DNA of 64,000 nt from Lama glama (taxonomy: Eukaryota): positions 30,568,001 through 30,632,000 of the forward strand of contig CM052818.1 of the NCBI GenBank assembly GCA_028534125.1, given 5' to 3'. Positions 49,582-60,996 of the stretch are shown here, piece after piece. The notes below the pieces were generated by a model that saw nothing but the letters and a program-made list of their open reading frames with translations, was not told the origin of the DNA and made no database searches. Every line of letters begins with the position of its first letter. The stretch's first letter is position 1. The translations under genes were made by a program, and so were the position numbers.

Positions 49582-51175
49582 AGAAACCAAATGGAAAAGG
49601 GATCAGGCTGTTCAACAATCCTGTCAAAAACCATCAAGCTGCTGAACATGTAACTTCCCGCTGTGTATATGTAATAGTAGGTCTCTCGTGTTCTGGCAGC
49701 CAGCCTAAAGGTCTGCCTTGGTCCCTTTAGAGTTTCCTTCCTCCCTTCCTGGGGATCTCTATCCTAATCTCCTACTGAAGCTTCAGCAAGACCCTTTACC
49801 ACGTACAGACACCTGCTGCTTAGCTATTCCTCCTAGAAAGTGCGAACTTCCCTGTATGTCTTTTTCTTTGAATGACCCGAGTACATGTGGCTTTGTATCT
49901 TTTCTGTGTCAATGTAAAGTACCCCTGTCGTCGAGAAGGTTTTGAGTTGAGGATAGTGCCTGTAGAATTTGTTAAACGGGTGCATTTGAGCCCTGTACAA
50001 ATCAGCAGAGATTGAAATTCTGAAGCTGCACAGACCCAGAGCAAATCTTATCCCAAATGAGAACCCAGTCACATCTTCCTTTTCCTTAGTTAATTATGAA
50101 AGATGTGAAATGATTAAGTAGACTTTTAATAGAGGAGCTCTCTCTTCGCAGTGCTGAAATGCAACGAGGCATTGACCCGATTTCAAAGTTGTGCATTGTC
50201 CCAGTACCTCTGTCTTCCTGAAGAGTCCGTGGTTTCTTTTAGAGATATCATAGCCTAACCCAGAGAACTCGGGTGGGTTTTTTTGAAGGTAAGGTTTTAA
50301 TGAACACAAAGAAGAGTACGTGACTCTCTGGTTGACTGCAGAGAGGATTAGTGTTTCACAACACACTGTAAGCTCTCATATTGTTGGAAACTGGTGGAAA
50401 TATCCAAATAATGAAAGTGTTAGATGAGGAAAATTATCGAGTAAGAGCATATGCCACTTGCCTTGCGGAGACATGTACAGTGAAAATGAAGCATCACAGA
50501 AGCACCCAGCAACTCTTCTCTTCTGGACTTTCTGCGTCACAGTCCTCCGGATCTAATCAAGAAGGCATGTCTTGGGGGTACCTTGAACATCATTCCTCGA
50601 AAGTCCTGGGGACAGAGCCTGAAAACTGTAACCGGAGGGACATCTCTGGGAAGAAAACCTGTCTTTTAGCTCCAGAAGTGTTTCACTCATAGTTTGGTTT
50701 TCTTTTCTTTTTTTTTTATATATTCAAAATTTCCAAACTTTAAAAATTAGATTTCTACATTTTTTTAGCTTCCTTTAAAACGTCACAGGATCTTGGCCAG
50801 AAGAGCCTGCTAAGAACTGGGATGATCAGCTGGTACACATTAGAATTTGTGACCTCTGTGGAGGGGTCACCATCACGTGGGTGCTGAGGCTGGGCTCTCT
50901 AAGGAAGGGGCTGAACATTCGTCTTCAGAACATAATGGTGATATTTGCCTCCTCAGGTCTAGGTTTGTGGCAAGTGTTGGTAATATGTAGCAGACCCCTT
51001 GGAGAAGTGAGAACCAGTTTTGTTAGATGCAGTGCTAAGAACTGAAATTTACTAGATAAAACACACAAGGCACTCAGAAGATCTGAAGAGTATGTAGATT
51101 ACTGAAGAATACAAATTGTCATCATATAAATACGTGTTTTACTGTTTATTAAATGCCTCTCGAATCATGTATGTT
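49582..51175 (+). other. SRD5A2: SRD5A2 3' UTR (proximal form; end approximate)
   Basis: Non-repetitive sequence after the stop codon, up to ATTAAA at 51148-51153 followed by T/GT-rich sequence; about 1.6 kb would fit the ~2.4-kb mRNA recalled for human SRD5A2. Confidence 0.55.
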
Positions 51176-51954
51176 AAGTAACCTTTTTTAATTAAAAGAT
51201 CCCGAAACTCATGAAGATTTTCATAAGGTGTTAATCTGTGTTTGTTCACCCTTTTTTCTGTTTTTTTTGCTTGTGTTGCTTCCTTTTTCTCTTCTTTTCA
51301 TTTTGCCAATTTGACATTCAAGACTCTGAGCTGAAAATAAAAGAGAAATATAACTTATAGAGCTTGTCAGCCACAGCTCAGATCTCCAGGCAGGTGCAGT
51401 AAAGATGCAGGAGAACGTGCTAAGACTGGATGCCACCCCCAGTGTTCAGGAGCACACAGGAGAGTGGGGAAAACACATTCAGTGAAATAAAGTTTAAGGG
51501 GTAGCGTGGGTTCTGCGAAATAAAAGATTTCCCATTCTCTCCATGACATTGAAAACTGCCTTTATGAAATCCTTTATCTTATTTCCATATGAAACATCGG
51601 GTTGGTCCTTGAAATGTAGTAAGTGCTCAATAAAGGGTAGCAACTATTTATTTGCCTGGTGTGTGAAATCTCAACGAAACTGCTCTTCAGCAATTGCATG
51701 TTTTTGCCACTAGAGGGTTTTCTCCAGAATTTTATTTAGACCAACCCTGATTTACTAAGGTAACTTACACGTTTGGAAATGTAAGGAACTTTATCGTCCT
51801 TTCAAGTTATCATGATCATGAACCTTCTTAATTTAATATAGTGTAGAATAAGCTTCACATAATCTTAAATATTCTCTCGATGACTGCAGTGTACAGTTTT
51901 CAACCCAGTTTCTCTTTTAGGGCTACAATGCGTTTGCAGATGGAATACAATAAA
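51148..51954 (+). terminator. Cluster of candidate polyadenylation signals
   Basis: ATTAAA 51148-51153; AATAAA at 51336, 51486, 51519, 51629 and 51949. Confidence 0.5.
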
Positions 51955-54879
51955 GGTCTGAAGTCTTGCTTGTTCCCAGACATACTTCTCTCTTCTCCTA
52001 AAGCTAGAGTGCAACAAAAATATGGTTAATTTAGGTTTCTGTGGAGTGGTTTTTGAAACGAGGTGCTGAAATTTGACTGGCTTAGCTAACTAGATACTAT
52101 GCCTGACTCCTGCCAAAACTTTCATGGAGGAAATGTTTTCCCACTGCCCTTATAGGAGGTTTTGTAATGCTTTGTTTGTTTTCAGAATTAAAGAGCCAAA
52201 GCACATTTAAGTCATCAGCTAGTCCCACTGCTTCATATTATAGATGGAGACACTGAGACCCAGTGTTAACATGCCTTCCAAGGTGTCGCATAGCTGGTCA
52301 GAGCAACCGTCTTATCTTGACTCTAAGGATCAGAAGTCTTCTCTTCTTAAAGCACAGCAAGATTTTATAAGAGAGACCCAGCAGAGCCTACAAGGTAGGT
52401 GTGAATTTAAGGCCTGAATACACTCATTCACTCAACAATCATTTATTGAGTGTTTATATGAAAAATGGTAAAGGGTGGTAGGATATTGTTGAATTAGACA
52501 TGATTCTTTCCCTTTCATGGGCTGCCACTGGATTTCTGAAGAACTCACACAGGATGAAAATAGCCAGCGTTTAAGTGCTGTGCCACAATTCAGATACGCA
52601 CTGATTGTCCTGTGCGTTGGGTGGAACCAGCTTCCCTCCCTGTGGGGTGGGGGCTGGGATGGGGAACTGACTGATGCCCTTATCATGAACCTATTTGATA
52701 AAATGAAGATGTATCAGAGATGATGTTTGTGTTTTCACATCACAACTTCCCCTCATCCCTAACATCTTCATAAGGGGCAACATTGGTTCTGCTGTATTCA
52801 GAAGGAGAGAGGACCTCTAATAAGAAATTTGCAATCAAATAATGATTTAAGTGGTTTAAACTCTTTCAAAAACTAATGAATAAGCCTATGGTTTTGCCTC
52901 CCTGTAGTTTTGTAATAGCTGTCTTGACTTTCTATGGTAACTTAATGTTAATTTCACCAAGAAGGAAGGGAGAAAGTTCTTGGATGTGAAGGAAGGGACT
53001 TAGGAAGAGTCATTTCCTTTCTTGCTTGGCCTTTCGATTCTTTAATAGGCTGTGGGCTGAGGTCCAGGCATAGCACATAAGCAGGGTGACAATAAACGTA
53101 GAGCAAAACCTTCTAAAGGAGGCTGCTGATTGTTTTGCAGCATGTATACTATCCCATGATGAAAGAGGCAGGTTGCCCGATGGTAATGTGGGTGCTTGGG
53201 TGATTTAATAGCCATTGAGTGGATTTGATTTCTAAATAAGAGATTTGCTCTTTCTATCAGTCTACTGGGCTGTGATCTTCAAAGTTTCTGTGCTATTTGT
53301 GTTGCATCTCATTTCTTCCCGCTAACCACAGCTTGGAATTTGGATGAGTGAAGTATGTTTTGGGGGAAGGTTAAAGTATGTATTAAGCTGTGTTACTTCC
53401 TCTTGTCCTGACCACCTTGGTGCAGAGTTTGGCTTTGCTCAGTGTAGTCAGAGTCTTGGTAAGGATATGCAGTATCCTCTCCCACTTGGTAGGCTGACTG
53501 GGAGGAGGAGGGGAACAGAGAGAATAGGTGAGGCAGGTGAGGAGTTACATGGGAGGAATGGGGCGAGGGTAGGGAAAGGTTGGCAGCAGAGTGAGGCAAA
53601 GGGCCTTGAGAGAGGAGGCCTCTCCCTGACAGAGGGGGCTTCTCCCCTTTCCCTGGTGTCCAGGTCTATATAAGCCAGCTCCCTTCCTTGTCCTCTGAGA
53701 GAGAGACTATGCTCTTCTTGGAGCTCCTTTTTTTTTTTTTTTAATAAGGGAAGAAGCAGAGTTTCTTTAAACAAAAGCCATATGGCTGTGTCTTACAATA
53801 AGTAATTTAATTGTATTTCTGTCCTCACACCTCATAAAGAGAGGTTTAAGTTCTGTGCAGCAGTGACACTTGTGAGAAAGAGGTGAAGAAATTGTTCTGA
53901 GAAGCCTGTGACAGCGTCCAAGTTCAGTGAGGCCAAAGGGCGAGGAGAGCAGCCAGAGCAACAAGCATCCGGCGGGGTTTCCCTCCTCACCGGCTCTGTT
54001 TTCCTCACTCTAGAGGCCCCAAAGAAGAGGGTCCTGTTGGGGTGCATTATTCCCAACACTGACTAGAAAGCAAGTACCATAAAATCAATTAAATTTTGTT
54101 AATTAATTCATTAACGCGTTAACTTATTTTGTTGACTCCTTTAAGATTCTTACAATATACGATATAGAGTATACATTTGACTGTAAACTGTGTTAAGTTC
54201 AGAGGTGTGTTGTATAAACTTCAGGACAACAATGTAAAAAGGGAGATATATAAATAATAAACTAGTAGTGGGGAAAAAAAAGCAATCACAAAAAAAACTA
54301 CTCAATCCCAAAATAATGCAGGGAAAGCAGAAGAAATGAAAAAGCAAAGCAAAACAAACAACAAAACCAGAAGGAGAAAATAGAAAATTGTGAGATGGTA
54401 TCTGCAAGGAGTCTGGGAAATCTTCACAGAGGCAGTCACATAAACTAGACCCTCATTTTGTCCGTTATGAAACTAGAGATGAATTTTAAATATGGACAAA
54501 ACTCCCAACACATTTTATTGAAAATTTGGGATAGAAAAATGTAAAAGTTGAAAACAAGCCCTGTAGCCTTCTGTACAGCAGTCATTTGGCCTCTGGGGGT
54601 TCCATCTAGTCCTTATCTGGTCTTCTCAGTGCAGCTACTAGCAGAGTTATTAGCAGAGCCTTGTGTAGCTGAAACACACCGTCACACATTGTCAACAGTT
54701 CTAACGCATCTCTCCTCCATTCTGAAAGCTATAAAAATATGTTAGGTAAAAGCAGATTTGTTCTTCCCTGCACTGCTTTAATAGATTCATTATTTTTCTT
54801 TAGCCTATAAGAACTGTAGGAAAAAACCCAGGTGCCTGGTAATCACTGAAGACCTGTCATATCAAATTTTTTATTCTTT

Positions 54880-55655
54880 AAGCAAATCTGTATTGAGATA
54901 ACTGGATATCCACATGCAGGAGAATGGATTTGAATCCCTGTCTTGCACAATAAACACAAATTAACTCAAAGTGAATCATAAAGCTAAATATAAGAGCTAA
55001 AACTATAAAACCCACAGAAGAAAACATAGGAATAAATCTTTATGATGTTGGATTAGGCAATGATTTCTTAGATATGACACAAAAGCATAAGCAATAAAAG
55101 TGAAAACTGGCAAGTTGGACTTTATCAAAATTAAAAACTTTTGTTCCTCAAGGGACACTACCAAAAAAGTATCACACATCTGATAAGGGACTTATATCCA
55201 GAATGCATAAAGACGTCTTACAACTCAATAATAAAAAGGTAAATAACCCAATTAAAATGGACAAAGGAATAGTTATTTCTTTAAAAAAATACACAATGTC
55301 CAATAAGGACATAAAAAGATGCTCAATATTATTAATCATTTGGGAAATGCAAATCAAAAACCACGATTAGATTTGACACAACATTGTAAAATGACTATAA
55401 CTCAATAAAAAAATGTTCAGAAAAAAAACCAAACCACGATTAGATGCCATTTCACACCCAGCAGAGTGGCTGTAATCAAAATGATGTACAGTAATGAAGA
55501 TTGATGAGGATGTGAAGAAATCAGAACACATATACATTGCTGGTGGAATGTGAAATGGTGTAGCATCTTGGGAAAAGAGCGGCAATTTCTGAAATGTTCC
55601 TGAAAATGTTAAACATAGGTTACTGCATAACCCAGCAATTCTACTCCTAGGTATT
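54880..55655 (+). mobile_element. L1MB-like ORF2 3' fragment
   Basis: GGATTAGGCAATGATTTCTTAGATATGACAC, CATCTGATAAGGGACTTATATCCAGAAT, CCAGCAATTCTACTCCTAGGTAT. Confidence 0.85.
55373..55430 (+). mobile_element. 58-bp young L1 3' tail insertion
   Basis: Perfect TSD AAACCACGATTAGAT at 55358-55372 and 55431-55445; the insert is the reverse complement of ~1699-1742 plus an A-rich tail. Confidence 0.9.
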
Positions 55656-56619
55656 TTCCTTCTTTTAGTTGGGTTAAAGCACCAAGTGACCTGAAATTGA
55701 CACTTAGTTAAATATCTCTTGGCAGGAATTAGTTTGTCTGGCTGACCCCTTGTCACAGGGTCTACCTGCGGCAGGGCAAAGAAGTGGACACAGACGAAGA
55801 GCCATCAGAGGGAAGAGACTTGAGTGGTGCTTGGAGTGCCCTCTGGTGGGGACTGTCTAGATGTGCAGCAGGGCCTGTGGGCAATTGGGGGTTGGGATGA
55901 GAATTATGGGCACCCCATGGACTGGGGAGAGAGGCCAGAAATGAAATAAGGGGTAAACTTCAAAGGAGAGAGAGATGGTTAACTATAAGGAAGACAAAGA
56001 ACCTGGCTGTGAGTTCCCCATCACTGGAGTGTTCAAGAAGAGTCTGGTAGATGACTTGAGGAAGGTCAGGTTAAATGGAAGCCATGGTTTAGATGAGCAT
56101 TCTCTAAGCCCACTTCTCAGTTCATGACTCTTAAGTGCTGGGCATTGAAGACAAAATTCCTGGTTGACAGGTTTTCTTGGGCAAGCCTGGCCTGCAGTTC
56201 CAGTTGGTTCATCGAAATCAATCTAGCCCTGCCGAGGATCTCTCAAAGCATCAATAATTTAGTTGCACTGGGCTCCGAGTCTGAGCCAGTAACACCTGGA
56301 TATAAAGGATGGAAAAATGCAAGACTCAAAAAGTTTAGCTCAATTCCAGGGATAACTATCTCCTGAAACACCAAATTCTGGGCAACAGCTACTAAACGTC
56401 TGACTACATAATTGAGGTTAGTGCACCAAAACACTTGCACGACTTGTATTGAAGGGAGTTAGTGAAAGAAGAAAGATGGAGAAACTGATAGAGGAGAAGC
56501 AGCTCTAGAAAGATGATACATCAGTGACTTGATGATGCAGATCACTTTATTAGACAAAAAATGTTTTCTTCATGCATTTTTAGGAGAAAGAAAAACATTA
56601 CAAGAAAGCAAAATGATAT

Positions 56620-59600
56620 TAGAGATGTCTTTTCTTTGTCAACTTGATAAATAATTTATTTACAACTATATCCATTTCAAGTATGTATATGAATTTGACA
56701 GTTACATACACCCATGAAGGTACCACTCCACTCATGATATAGAATATTTCCTCATCCTCAAAAGGTTCCTTACGCCTTTTGCAGTCCATTCTTCCCTCCA
56801 CCCCCGGTCACAGACAACCACTGATCTGCTTTTTCTCACTGTAGGTTAGTTTGCATGTTACCTAAATGGAATCATACACTGTGTACTGGATTATGTGTGG
56901 ATTCTTCACTCAGCATAACGTAACAGTCCAGAGCATCATCCATGTGTTTGTGTGGACTAGTAGTTCATTCCCATTTAATGCCCAAATAATACTGCATTAA
57001 ATTTACCAAAGAATATCACATTTATTTATTCTTTCACATGTTGATGGATATTTGGGTCATGGCTAGTTTTTGACAATTATAAATTAAAATGCTATAAACA
57101 TTTGTGTACAGATTTTTGTATGAACATTAAGTTAATGTCTAGTTGCTCCAGCACCATTTGTTGAAAAGTCTCTTTTCCATTGATTTGTTTTGCACTTTTG
57201 CCAAAAACCTGTTGACTATATTTGTGGGATCTATTTCTACACTCTCTATTCTGTTTCACTGATTCGTGTATGTCTTTTTATCAATACTGCACTGTCTTGA
57301 TAACTGTAGATTTATAAGTTTTGATATTGAATAGTGGGATACTCCAATTTTTTCTTTTTCACAATTGTTCTGGCTATTGTAATTCCTTTGCCTTTCCATA
57401 TAAATTTTAGAATCAGCTTATTATTATCTATAAAAAACCTTTTTTTTGATATTTTTATTTGTATTGCATTGTAACTACAGCTAAATCTGGAGAGAACTGA
57501 CATATTAATAAGACTGAGTCTTCCAATCCATGCATATTTATGTAGGTCTTACTTGATTTCTTTTGTCAGTGTTTTGTATCATTGTTTTTCTGTATACAGA
57601 TCCTGTACATATTTTGTAGGGTTTACATCAAAGTAGTCCATTTGGGGATGTTAATGTAATGACATTGTTTTACAAATTTTGAACTCTAATTTACTTTTTC
57701 AAATTTTAAAAAGTAGAACCTTAGATTTCTTATTTCCTAAGTACTTAATGCTATAAATTTCCCTGGAAGCATTGCATTAGCTTCATCCCACAAATTTTGG
57801 TATGTTGTATATTCATTATCATTCAGTTCAAATATTTTATTTCCTTTATGTTTTATTCTTTGACCTTTGGACTACTTAGAAGTGCTTTATTTAGTTATCA
57901 AATATTTCAAAGTTTTTCAGATATTTTTAAGTTACTGGTTTCTAATTTGCTTCCAATGGGATAAGATAACATACTTTGTATGGATTGAATCCTTCTATAT
58001 TTTTAAAAACTGCTTTGTGACCTAACATATGGTCTACATTTGTAAACGATCAATGTGCACTTGAAAACAATGTGTATTCTGCCATTGTTGGCTATCGTGT
58101 TTTTTAAGTACAATGTAAGTGAAGATGATCAATAGCAGATTCTATTTTTAACTTTTTTTGGTTTCGTTATTCCATAAATTACTGATAGAAGGTTGTTAAA
58201 TTCTTCTGTTACGATTATGAGATTGTTTATTTCTAAGTCTATCAATTTCTGCTGCACTTATTTTGAGACACTTAGGGATGTGTGTGTCCATTTTTTTATT
58301 GCTATATCTTCTCAATTGAGATAAAAAATTAATAGATAACATTAACATTATGAAATGCTTCTCTTTCTCATTGACAATGCTTTTTATCAGAGAGTCTGTT
58401 TTATCTAATATTGATATATCATTCCAGCTTCTTATCTTGACTGTTTATGTGGTATATCTTTTCCATGTATTTGCTTTCAATCTTTGTATCTTTATATTTA
58501 AAATACATCTCTTGTAGGCAACATAGGTTTAGTTTTGCCTTTAAAGAATCAAGTCTGATACTTTTTGTTACGTTTAGTCCACTAGCATTTAATGAAGTTA
58601 TTAATATGACTGGATTTGAGTCTACCAATTTATTATTTATTTGGTTTGTCCCTTCTGTTCAGTGTTCCTCTATTATTCATTTTCTGCCTTCTTTTACATT
58701 GTTTATATGTATTTTAGAATTCCATTTTAATGTTATGTATTGGATTTTTTAGATATACTTCTTTGTGTTATATTTTTAGTTAATGTTTTAAGAATTACAT
58801 ATCCATCCATAGCTTTTCATGGTCTTAGAATTAATCTTAGACTTAGTAACTTTGAATTAATTTTATATCATTTCATATGTAAATATATATACATTCCTTG
58901 CAATTGTGTAGATCCATTCATTTATGCCCCACCATGCTTATTTTGTAGTTGTCATATGTGTTACATTTACCTACATAGTAAACTCTATAAGGCAATGTTA
59001 AAATTTTGTCTTTAAACAACGATCTGTGTATTATAAAGAAATTAAGAGAAAAAATCGTCTTGTACGTATATCTCTATACTTACTCTTAACTTGAATTTTC
59101 TTGTGGTATCATTTTCCATCAGCCTAAAGAACTCACTAACATTTCTTGCAGTGCAAGTTTGGTAGCATTGAATCCCCCTAGTTTCCCATTATTTGAAAAT
59201 ATCTTCATTTCACCTTCATTCTTAAAAAATATTTTTTGTGAGATACAAAATTCTTAGTGAACAGTTTTTACCACTGTGTGCTGGCCTTTGTGGTTTCTGA
59301 TGAGAAATCATGATCATTCAAATAATTGTTGAATGTTATGTGTCATTTTCAGAAATCATATTTCAGGATTTTCTTTTTATCTTCGGTTTTTCAACTGTTT
59401 GAACGTGATGTGAGTAGGTATGGTTCTCTTCAAGTTTATCCTGTTTGGGTTTCATGAAAGTACAGAATTTGTAAATTTAAGTCATTTACCTAATTTTGGA
59501 AGGTTTTGGCCATTATTTCTTAAAATATTTTTTCTGCTCCTCTTCCTTTCTCCTCTTTGTCTTTAACTGCATTTACTTATGTGTCAGACCTTTTGAAGCT

Positions 59601-59650
59601 GTTTCCTGTATCCATGATGCTATGTTGATTTTTTCCCTGTTGTTTAGATT
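56620..59650 (-). mobile_element. Old L1M fragments (3' UTR, ORF2 and ORF1 pieces)
   Basis: Antisense L1 motifs throughout; ORF 58419..58628(-) ...ITSLNASGLN...LCCLQEMYFKYKD...MEKIYH resembles the L1 endonuclease N-terminus. Confidence 0.75.
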
Positions 59651-60199
59651 ATATACTTTCTATTGATCCACCTTCAAGTTACTGCCTTCAGAAGAAAGCC
59701 ACAAAAAAAAGAGGAAGTTATTGTTTCCCATTGTGTTCCTTGCAGCAGATTTCAACTCTCCTCCAAAAATTGCCTGCTTTTTTTCCATCTCTAGAGTCTC
59801 AGGTAATTGTTTTTGTATTTTGTCCAGCTTTTACTACCTCTTATATACAGCAAGATCAGGTTATTGGGTGTTCATTTCCCAATACAGTAATCAAAATAGC
59901 AGAAACCAAAGATAATATTTTACCTTGAAGTCAACATAGGTTTAACCCAGTCCCTTACAATTTATACAGTCATATTCATAGACAGTTCTTGATGAATTAA
60001 TAATAATAGTGACTTAAAGTCTGTAAAATAAAGAAAGGTTTTAAATTATCCATTGTACCACACTTATTAATGAAGGAAAGAACTCATACATTTACTACAT
60101 TTTTCATTGATTTACTCCTAGTTAACATGAAAGATCTTGCTGACTCTCAATGCCTTGGTTTCATTATCAGTTTTTTAAAAAGTTAGAGTATATTGGCCT

Positions 60200-60375
60200 G
60201 TCCTGAAAAATATTCTACAGTAATAAGAGATGTTGTTTGCAAAAAGGTTGTGTGAGTAAATACATTTGGAATCTGTAGGATTAAAAAAAGTTGAATAGGA
60301 TTTTTTTCTGTAGGATTTTTCAGAGCCTTTAATATTCTAATACATGTTCTGAGTTTCCAAAAAGAGGATAAGGTA
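60200..60375. mobile_element. MER103C-like element
   Basis: TTTTCTGTAGGATTTTTCAGAGCCTTTAATATTCTAATACATGTTCTGAGTTTCCAA. Confidence 0.55.
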
Positions 60376-60449
60376 TTACTTATTTTTGCTTTTGTCTTAG
60401 GTTTTAAAATGGCTTGGCATGCCACTGTTACCGATTCTGCCTTTGTTTA

Positions 60450-60615
60450 AAACCTCAACATTTTATTCATCATGGACTTTTTAAAAAACATTGATTTGTC
60501 TTTAAAATGCTGCATTAGAATATTATTTATCTTGATTCCTAAGTTTTTTGTGTCTCCTAAAATTTTGCACTTGGAGTCAAGTATCTCATTCCCCTCACTT
60601 GCATCACTCAATCCT
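60450..60615. mobile_element. MER96B-like hAT element fragment
   Basis: TTCATCATGGACTTT...GCATTAGAATATTATTTATCTTGATT...AAATTTTGCAC...CTCATTCCCCTCAC. Confidence 0.55.
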
Positions 60616-60996
60616 GTGGCTGATAGCAGCTAAATTGATAGATTTTCTAATAAGGCTCTGTATTTCATGAAGTCAAATTTATCCGCTTACAAGATCTTCT
60701 ATGACTTGGCTCGTATCTTACGAACCGCTTGTGTATTTTTTCTATACTCAACTTCCTTCATGTCATGTTAACATTCTGCACTCAATTACGTCTTCAAACT
60801 TTTGTTCCTCTTCCACGCAAACCAAGAATATCTCCCCCACTCCATTTATTTTCCTCAGCTAGTTCAACTTTTTCTTCAGAATCCTGCTCAGGTCTCACTC
60901 CCTTCTTTCAAGTTCCCCTGACATCTAGAGGGAGGTCAGACTTACTCCCTTTGCTGATCTGTAGTTCATGAATTTCTCAGTGATCCCGTACAACTT

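Noticed and set aside
54111..54122. 12-bp palindrome TTAACGCGTTAA
   Set aside because: Isolated and short, with no supporting context.
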